DNA of 32,000 bases from Trichlorobacter lovleyi SZ (GTDB taxonomy: Bacteria > Desulfobacterota > Desulfuromonadia > Geobacterales > Pseudopelobacteraceae): the NCBI RefSeq assembly GCF_000020385.1, contig NC_010814.1, positions 2,730,001 to 2,762,000 on the forward strand, in the 5' to 3' direction. Of the stretch, positions 26,130 to 32,000 are shown piece after piece. Each line of letters begins with the position of its first letter. The stretch's first letter is position 1. A model generated the notes under the pieces. The model saw only the letters and a program-made list of their open reading frames with translations. It searched no databases and was not told the origin of the DNA. The position numbers and the translations under genes are program-made.

Positions 26130-26160
26130 CGTAAAAACCAGGGACATCCCGGTTTTTACG
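26130..26160. terminator. hairpin immediately after the RT stop (possible terminator or module boundary)
   Basis: cgtaaaaacc(a)ggg - acat - cccggtttttacg: a 13-bp stem with one bulge. The T run lies inside the stem, so this is not a canonical intrinsic terminator. Confidence 0.4.
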
Positions 26161-26260
26161 CAAAAATATGCTGTCATTTCCTCCCGTGATAACCACTTCT
26201 TACTGATATGTTGACTTGTAATCCAGGTCATGTGACCGTATCCTACGGTGTTGCGGGGCC

Positions 26261-26339
26261 GCTCGAAGCGAAATCATGATCAAAGAAGATACTGTGACAA
26301 GGTTGCTTGATAAAGAAACAGAGAGCGGGGAGCTTACCC
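26261..26339. repeat. repeat family B, copy 1 (duplicate of the 5' end of the 27371 gene)
   Basis: The core, 26272-26339, matches 27367-27434 with 5 mismatches in 68 nt; 11 further upstream nt match more weakly. It encodes MIKEDTVTRLLDKETESGELT and continues to a TGA that overlaps the RhuM ATG. Confidence 0.8.
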
Positions 26340-26361
26340 CCGAATTTTGTGAGGGTAGAGC

Positions 26362-27353
26362 ATGAACCAAGACGATAACGCGATTGTCCTCTATCAGGCT
26401 CCTGACGGGTCATCTTCCCTTCAGGTCCAACTCGACCATGACACCGTCTGGCTGACACAGGCTCAAGTTGCTGAACTTTTTGATGTAAATGTTCCTGCGG
26501 TATCAAAGCATATCAGGAATATTCTGGGCAGCGGAGAGCTGGATGCAGCCGCAACTGTTTCCAAAATGGAAAGAGTTCAGCTTGAAGGTGGGCGGAAAGT
26601 CAAGAGAAGCCAGGTCTTATACAGTCTGGATATGATCATTTCTATTGGTTATCGTGTCAATTCTGCAAAGGCTACCAGGTTTCGTATCTGGGCGACCAAG
26701 GTTCTGCGCGACCATATCGTCACAGGGTACACGCTCAACGAGCAGCGGTTGCGGGAGGAGAGCGCCAAGCTTCAGGCGATGCAGCAGACAGTGGCGTTGC
26801 TGGCGCGAACCCTGACCAATCAGGAGCTGGTAAGCGATACCGGCAGGGACGTGCTGCGTGTCATCGACGATTACGCCTATGCTCTGGCAACCCTTGACCG
26901 CTACGACCACGGGACGCTGGCCATCGAAGGAACTACCGCCAGGCACTGTACGTCATCAGTTACGACGAGGGGATTCGCATCGTCAACGCCATGAAGGGGG
27001 ATTTCAATGGTCTGTTCGGTCTGGAAAAGGATCAGGGATTCAAGAGCGCACTCGGTGCCATCTACCAGACCTTCGGCGGTGAGGAACTCTATCCGAGCGT
27101 GGAGGAAAAGGGAGCGAACCTCCTGTACTTTGTCGTCAAGAACCATGCCTTCAGCGATGGCAACAAGCGGATAGCCGCTGCCCTGTTCATCTACTTCCTG
27201 GGCATGAACGGCATTCTCTACCATGCCGATTGTTCAAAGAGACTGGCGGACAACGCCCTGGTGGCGCTGACCCTGCTCATCGCCGAGAGCCGTCCGGAAG
27301 AGAAAGAGACTATCGTCAAGGTGATCGTTAACCTTATCAACCGGAATAACTGA
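26362..27353 (+). pseudogene. RhuM-family + Fic/Doc-domain gene interrupted by a frameshift (or a sequencing error)
   Basis: The N-terminal ORF (26362-26994) carries RhuM blocks LDMIISIGYRVNSAKATRFRIWATKVL. The Doc/Fic motif HAFSDGNKRIAAALFIYFL lies in a second ORF (26991-27353) in a different frame. That second frame is open from 26898, placing the shift at about 26925-26945. Confidence 0.75.
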
Positions 27354-27355
27354 CT

Positions 27356-27434
27356 GCTCGCGCCTGAATCATGATCAAAGAAGATACGGTGACAAGGCTG
27401 CTTGATAAGGAATCCGAGAGCGGGGAGCTTACCC
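27356..27434. repeat. repeat family B, copy 2 (true 5' end of the 27371 gene)
   Basis: See copy 1. This copy begins 3 nt after the RhuM-Fic stop codon. Confidence 0.8.
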
Positions 27435-28750
27435 GAAAGGCCGTTGCGCTTTTGGCCGAGGCTGCCGCAGTGCAGGGAACGCTGCATCTGCCCGGCGTGC
27501 GCGATGCGTATCGCTGGCGGCTGGAGCAGGTTGTGCTGCTGGCCGGACAGGCGCTGGAAGGTGCGGGGGAGAGCCGCGAGGCGGCGCTGCTGCATTGGGT
27601 GCTGGTGCAGGCTTGCGCGGCTCGGGCAGAGGATGCGCGCTACGGCGCCGGGCAGCTTTCTCGCGGTGCTCAGCGGGCGCCCACGCTGGAGGATTGCGAC
27701 GACGGCTGGCAGCGGGTAGAGCAGATCGCCAGTACTGCCGAAGAGGCGGCATTGGCGGCCGCAGGTTTTGCCCAGCGACTGAATACGGACAAAGCGAGAG
27801 CGATGGCCCTTAGAGCTGAAGTTGCTGCAAAGTCTGCCAGAAAAACCGTCCAGGAACGCAACCGCGCCTATACCTTCCATGCCGATCCCGGCTTTTCTTT
27901 TGGCGAAGGCTGGTACCTGGCTGCGGCGGCACTGTTTGCCGGCCTTTCCATCCAGATCAGACCCGGGGCTGCCCACGAAATTCAGGCCAGACGATTTCTT
28001 TTAGATGCCGGGCTGGAGGGAGCCCTTCGCCCCTATCGGCCTCGACCGGCCAGCCCCAAGCATCTGACACATATCATTGCCGAGGCTTTTCGAGCTGACG
28101 CGCAACAGGCACAGGGCACCCTGCGCACCGCTTTTCTGGGTGACGAATCAGCGTCGGCTCCCTTACGAGCATGGATCTATGACAAAGTGGGTGGGACGCC
28201 GGAACAGAAGGTGCTACTGTGGGTCCGAACAGGTGACCACCATGTCCAGCGCAATACCTGTTTTGATGAGTTGCGTCAGCTTTCCGAACTGGTAGTGAAT
28301 ACAGGGCTCACACCCATCTTTTTCGGCGATAATGTTCCGCGAGAGCTTGTTCCGCAAGGGGCGGTTAACCTGACCCTGTGCTGGAAAGAGCCGCTCTTCC
28401 AGGGACCGGAGATGCGCCGGGCACAGCTTCACCTGTTTGAAGAGTTAAGATGCCGACACGGCCTGATGGGCCAGATTGGCGTGACCACCGCCGGTATGGA
28501 CGGACCGGCGCTTATGGGATTGCCCACCCTGTACCTTACCCGGGAACACAATGTCCGGCTGGGCAAGTGGGTGGGAGCCGTTCCGGGATATCAGGAGGTT
28601 GTGCGGGAACCGGGCTATTTCGCAATCATCCGTACCACCCTGCATCAGTGGCAGCAGTGCCCCCCCAGAGGCGAGGCAATTACCATTGAGGTCCGCAAGG
28701 TGGTGACGTTTAAGCCAAGCAGTGTGCTTAAGGACGCTATCAACAAATGA
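27371..28750 (+). CDS. hypothetical protein; the C-terminal half resembles a GT-B / glycosyltransferase-family-9-like Rossmann domain
   Basis: 459-aa high-GC ORF. The C-terminal pattern KVLLWVRTGDHHVQRN..ELRQLSELVVNTGLTPIFFGDN ... GQIGVTTAGMDGPALMGLPTLYL is reminiscent of the heptosyltransferase donor-binding half. This is a pattern resemblance only. Confidence 0.55.
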   Translation: MIKEDTVTRLLDKESESGELTRKAVALLAEAAAVQGTLHLPGVRDAYRWRLEQVVLLAGQALEGAGESREAALLHWVLVQACAARAEDARYGAGQLSRGAQRAPTLEDCDDGWQRVEQIASTAEEAALAAAGFAQRLNTDKARAMALRAEVAAKSARKTVQERNRAYTFHADPGFSFGEGWYLAAAALFAGLSIQIRPGAAHEIQARRFLLDAGLEGALRPYRPRPASPKHLTHIIAEAFRADAQQAQGTLRTAFLGDESASAPLRAWIYDKVGGTPEQKVLLWVRTGDHHVQRNTCFDELRQLSELVVNTGLTPIFFGDNVPRELVPQGAVNLTLCWKEPLFQGPEMRRAQLHLFEELRCRHGLMGQIGVTTAGMDGPALMGLPTLYLTREHNVRLGKWVGAVPGYQEVVREPGYFAIIRTTLHQWQQCPPRGEAITIEVRKVVTFKPSSVLKDAINK

Positions 28751-28901
28751 TCTTCCACTGCACCAAGGCACTTGCTGCTAAACTGCCAGAAGTGTCGCCA
28801 ATACCGCTAGCGGCTGTGAATCCTCTCGGCAGCCACAGCACAACGTGCCTGTTGAACTGAATCGTGTATATGCCTGACAGGATGTTTCTCCCCTTGCCAC
28901 A

Positions 28902-31583
28902 TTAATTACCTCTCCAAGTCCTGCCCAACCGTCCGGCCCACTTCTCCCCTTCCAGCAGCAGAAACACCGCCACTGCCGGTAACAGTACCAGCCCGAGCTG
29001 TTCCCAGGTAAGGGCCGTGGTGCGGAAAAAGCCCTGCAACTGCGGCAGCCAGATGGCCAGCCCCTGCAGCAGCAGCACACTGGCGGCCATGGCCAACAGC
29101 GGCAGGTTGCTGAACAGCCCCATCTGCAGGAACGAACTGCGGAAGGAACGCAGCCCCATGGCCTGGGCGATCTGGGCCAGGGCCAGGGAGGCAAACAGTA
29201 CAGTCTGCCAGGGACCGCCTGACTGCCAGGTGAACCAGGTAACCAACATGCAGGAGCCGCCGATCAGGCTGCCGGTCAGCACAACATAGCGGATGGTGCG
29301 GCGGTCAAAGATCTGGCTGTCCGGCGCAATGGGCGGACGCTTCATAACATCCGGTTCTGCCCGCTCCAGACCCATCCCCAGCCCCAGCAGGCCATCGGTC
29401 AGCAGGTTCAGCCAGAGCAGTTGCAGCGGCGTCAACGGCATCCCCAGCCCCAGAAACGGCAGGATCAAGACGGCCAGGATCTTGCCGGTGTTGCCTGCCA
29501 CGGAAAAGACCACAAACTTGCGGATGTTGTCGTAAATGGTGCGGCCTTCCTCCACCGCCGCCACAATGGTGGCAAAGTTATCATCCAGCAGCACCATGTC
29601 CGAGGCTTCCCGGGCCACATCAGTGCCCACCTTGCCCATGGCCACCCCCACATCAGCCTTTTTCAGGGCCGGGGCATCATTGACCCCGTCACCGGTCATG
29701 GCTGCCACACCGCCGCTGCGCTGGATCGCATCCACAATCCGCAGTTTGTGCTCCGGCGCCACCCGGGCATAGACCGAAACCCTGGACACCGCCTCATCAA
29801 ACTGCTCCGGATTGAGCCGATCCAGTTCAACACCGGTCAGGGCACCGCCTGCATCATCAATCCCTACCTGACGGGCAATGGCACGGGCAGTCAGGGGGTG
29901 GTCGCCGGTGATCATAACCGGCCTGATACCGGCAGTCAGGCAGCGCTGTACCGCTGCTTGTGCCTCCTGCCGTGGCGGGTCGGTCAGGGCTGCCAGACCG
30001 ATACAGATAAACTCCTGCGCCAGGGACTCCAGGCGATCATCGTCATCCGGCTGCAGCACCCGCAGTGCCAGGGCCAGCACCCGCTGCCCCTGATTTGAAA
30101 GCCGGTCTGCAGCAGCCAGCAGCGCCTTGGTATGATCATCCGTCAGCGCGACGATCTTGCTGTTCAGCACAATTGCGCTGCACAGTGCCAGCACACTGTC
30201 CAATGCCCCTTTGGCTGCCAGCAGCTTACCCCCTGGCGGCAGCGGAGGCAACGGCAGAAGGCCGGGGGCCAGCGCGGTAATCTGATGCACGGTGATCATC
30301 CGCTTGGTGGTTGAATCAAAGGGGATCTCGGCGATCCGTGGCAGGGCCTGTTCCAGTTCACTCCGGTACAGGCCTGCAGTTGCGGCAGCAGAGACCAGGG
30401 CACCTTCAGTGGGGTCACCCAGTACCGACTCTTCACCATCTGCAACCTTCAAGACCGCATCATTACAGAGTGCGCCGATCATCAACAGCAACCTGTCCGA
30501 TGCGGCATCTTCGGCCCCACCAACAATACTATCCGTGTTCATCAGCCCGGTCACGGCCATCCGGTTCTGGGTCAGGGTACCGGTCTTGTCGCTGCAGATC
30601 ACGGTGACTGAACCCAGCGTCTCCACCGCCGGAAGCCGCCGGATCAGGGCATGGCGTTTCAGCATCCGCTGGGCCCCCAGGGCCAGGGTGATGGTAACCA
30701 CCGCAGGCAGCCCTTCCGGGATGGCAGCCACTGCCACACTGACCGCCAGCAGCAGCATCTCTTTCAGCGCCTCGCCCCGCAGCATCCCCACCCCGAAGAT
30801 CAGGCCTGCCACCACCACCGAAACCACGGCCAGCACCTTGCCCAGCCGGTCCAGCCGTTTCTGCAGCGGGGTCCACTCCTGCCCCACCTGCTGCAGCATG
30901 GTGGCGATACTGCCCAGCTCGGTCTGCATGCCGGTGGCCACCACCAATGCCACAGCCCGGCCAGCCGAGACCAGAGTTCCCATAAACAGCAGGTTGCGAC
31001 GATCACCCAGCGGCAGCTCTCCGCTTGCAATCAGGTCAGTATGCTTTTCCACCGCCTCTGACTCACCGGTCAGCAGCGCCTCCTGCACCCGCAGGCCGTG
31101 GGCCTCCAGCAGGCGGCAATCAGCCGGAACCACGCTGCCCGCCTCCAGCAGTACGATATCACCGGGCACCAGCTGCAGCGAAGGCAGCTCCTGCACCACC
31201 CCATCCCGCCGCACCCGCACCAGCGGCACAGCCATCCGCTTCAGGGCGGCAATGGCCCGCTCTGCGCGGAAATCCTGGGCAAAGCCCAGCAGCGCAAACA
31301 GGATCACAATGGCAAAGATGGTGGCGGCATCCTTGAAAGATCCCACCAGACCGGAAACCACCGCAGCTGCGCTCAGAATCAGGGCCATGGTGGAAGTAAA
31401 CTGCTCCCAGAGGATCTGCCAGGGGGTACGCCCGGCCTGCTCGGTCAGCTCATTCTGCCCATACTGCTGTAGACGACGAGCGGCCTGATCCGCAGTCAAA
31501 CCGCTCTCAGCAGCTGATTGCAGCATTTCCAACGCATGATCAACACCCAGGGCATGCCATACTGTTTCAGGTTTTCTGTTCAT
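28902..31583 (-). CDS. cation-transporting P-type ATPase (P2-type, Ca2+/Mg2+-ATPase-like)
   Basis: Motifs TGESEAV, ICSDKTGTLTQNRM (phosphorylation site), KGALD, DPPR, MITGDH, TGDGVNDAPALKKADVGVAMG. The N-terminal cation-ATPase-N region (GLTADQAARRLQQYGQNEL) and C-terminal TM helices are present. Confidence 0.93.
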   Translation of the reverse strand: MNRKPETVWHALGVDHALEMLQSAAESGLTADQAARRLQQYGQNELTEQAGRTPWQILWEQFTSTMALILSAAAVVSGLVGSFKDAATIFAIVILFALLGFAQDFRAERAIAALKRMAVPLVRVRRDGVVQELPSLQLVPGDIVLLEAGSVVPADCRLLEAHGLRVQEALLTGESEAVEKHTDLIASGELPLGDRRNLLFMGTLVSAGRAVALVVATGMQTELGSIATMLQQVGQEWTPLQKRLDRLGKVLAVVSVVVAGLIFGVGMLRGEALKEMLLLAVSVAVAAIPEGLPAVVTITLALGAQRMLKRHALIRRLPAVETLGSVTVICSDKTGTLTQNRMAVTGLMNTDSIVGGAEDAASDRLLLMIGALCNDAVLKVADGEESVLGDPTEGALVSAAATAGLYRSELEQALPRIAEIPFDSTTKRMITVHQITALAPGLLPLPPLPPGGKLLAAKGALDSVLALCSAIVLNSKIVALTDDHTKALLAAADRLSNQGQRVLALALRVLQPDDDDRLESLAQEFICIGLAALTDPPRQEAQAAVQRCLTAGIRPVMITGDHPLTARAIARQVGIDDAGGALTGVELDRLNPEQFDEAVSRVSVYARVAPEHKLRIVDAIQRSGGVAAMTGDGVNDAPALKKADVGVAMGKVGTDVAREASDMVLLDDNFATIVAAVEEGRTIYDNIRKFVVFSVAGNTGKILAVLILPFLGLGMPLTPLQLLWLNLLTDGLLGLGMGLERAEPDVMKRPPIAPDSQIFDRRTIRYVVLTGSLIGGSCMLVTWFTWQSGGPWQTVLFASLALAQIAQAMGLRSFRSSFLQMGLFSNLPLLAMAASVLLLQGLAIWLPQLQGFFRTTALTWEQLGLVLLPAVAVFLLLEGEKWAGRLGRTWRGN

Positions 31584-31642
31584 GGCTGACAGTATACCAC
31601 CAATGCTTCACTTTTCAGCCAGATGATAGTACACTGCCGACC

Positions 31643-31822
31643 ATGAGCAAATCAGCCGCTGTCCTGTTAATCTGTTTCATTATTGCCATTCTGGGGTTTG
31701 CCACCTGGCAACTCTTTCTTGGCAGGTTTGAGGCTGCCTTTTCCGCCCTGCCCTTTCTGGTAATCCTCTACCTGTTTGTCGCCCCCTGGAAAAAACAGAT
31801 ACCACGCAACGAACAATCTTAA
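31643..31822 (+). CDS. small two-TM membrane protein (59 aa), not in the supplied ORF track
   Basis: ATG 31643 to TAA 31820-31822, encoding MSKSAAVLLICFIIAILGFATWQLFLGRFEAAFSALPFLVILYLFVAPWKKQIPRNEQS. It ends 14 nt before the next gene. No family was recognised. Confidence 0.35.
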   Translation: MSKSAAVLLICFIIAILGFATWQLFLGRFEAAFSALPFLVILYLFVAPWKKQIPRNEQS

Positions 31823-31836
31823 TCTGGAGTATCCCG

Positions 31837-32000
31837 ATGTCTGCATCCCGTTTCTTTGGCGCCATCATCCGCCATCCTCGTATAGTGCTGGCCGTTGCCC
31901 TGCTGTTGGCTGCCTTGTCAATTGTCTACACATCCCAAAAGCTGGAGTTCCTGACCGGACGTGATGATCTGATGCCCCGCCATGCGGCGTTTCAGCAGGA
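31837..32000 (+). CDS. N-terminus of an MMPL/RND-superfamily transporter (HpnN-like), 3'-truncated by the window edge
   Basis: ggag lies 8 nt upstream of ATG 31837. MSASRFFGAIIRHPRIVLAVALLLAALSIVYTSQKLEFLTGRDDLMP resembles the typical N-terminal TM1 and start of the periplasmic loop in MMPL-type exporters. Only 54 codons are visible. Confidence 0.45.
   Translation, partial: MSASRFFGAIIRHPRIVLAVALLLAALSIVYTSQKLEFLTGRDDLMPRHAAFQQ

Noticed and set aside
24391-27434. Diversity-generating retroelement, with family B repeats acting as TR/VR next to the RT.
   Set aside because: - The mismatches between the copies are not restricted to adenines of one copy (t>g, t>c, a>g, a>t, a>c).
- The repeat covers a gene's 5' end rather than a C-terminal variable domain.
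- The RT is about 200 aa longer than the usual DGR RT size I recall.
- The RT lacks the DGR-type motif 4 signature as I recall it.
27218-27976. 252-aa minus-strand ORF and other ORFs (27402-27719, 27429-27752, 27595-27813) overlapping the 27371 gene.
   Set aside because: They are off-frame or antisense Arg/Ala/Pro-rich artefacts of a GC-rich gene. The plus-strand 459-aa ORF is far longer and begins with the conserved duplicated leader.
28804-28813. Perfect 10-bp palindrome ccgctagcgg between the convergent gene ends.
   Set aside because: It is too short and isolated to distinguish from chance, and there is no flanking T run or extended stem.
28778-31488. ORFs overlapping the P-type ATPase (28778-29194, 29421-30098, 30292-31488 and others).
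   Set aside because: They lie entirely within, or overlap the end of, a gene with unmistakable P-type ATPase motifs, and they have low-complexity Ser/Arg/Pro-rich translations.

Overview
High-GC chromosomal segment that looks Desulfuromonadales/Geobacter-like; that taxon call is an inference from gene content and composition. Core genes, left to right: a 5'-truncated pyruvate carboxylase, a small low-GC islet with two orphan genes, a DEAD-box RNA helicase, and a six-gene minus-strand operon matching the Ech-hydrogenase-related (Ehr) complex. The Ehr large subunit visibly lacks the NiFe-ligating cysteines. Next come a divergent operon (HTH-PTS-EIIA(Ntr)-like protein, a second NuoL/HyfB-like subunit, a DUF3124-like exported protein) and a long-form GAPDH. 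An accessory mosaic of about 9.7 kb (about 19.1-28.8 kb) follows. It holds three copies of a vsr-5'-fragment repeat, a 'mobile mystery protein A/B' (XRE + Fic) pair, a DUF4143-type AAA ATPase, and a lower-GC block. That block contains a 5'-truncated SMC/ABC-like ATPase, a degenerate methyltransferase-like gene and an intact 578-aa reverse transcriptase. The mosaic ends with a frameshifted RhuM-Fic/Doc gene flanked by 79-bp direct repeats and a high-GC orphan gene. After it come a P-type cation ATPase, a small membrane ORF and the start of an MMPL/RND-type transporter. No rRNA, tRNA, CRISPR array, integrase or transposase was recognised. The best candidate for an undescribed system is the methyltransferase-like + reverse transcriptase module (23.4-26.2 kb). 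Second is the Ehr complex together with its divergent EIIA / NuoL-like / DUF3124 operon. All calls rest on reading motifs in the supplied translations and the DNA; no database search was possible.
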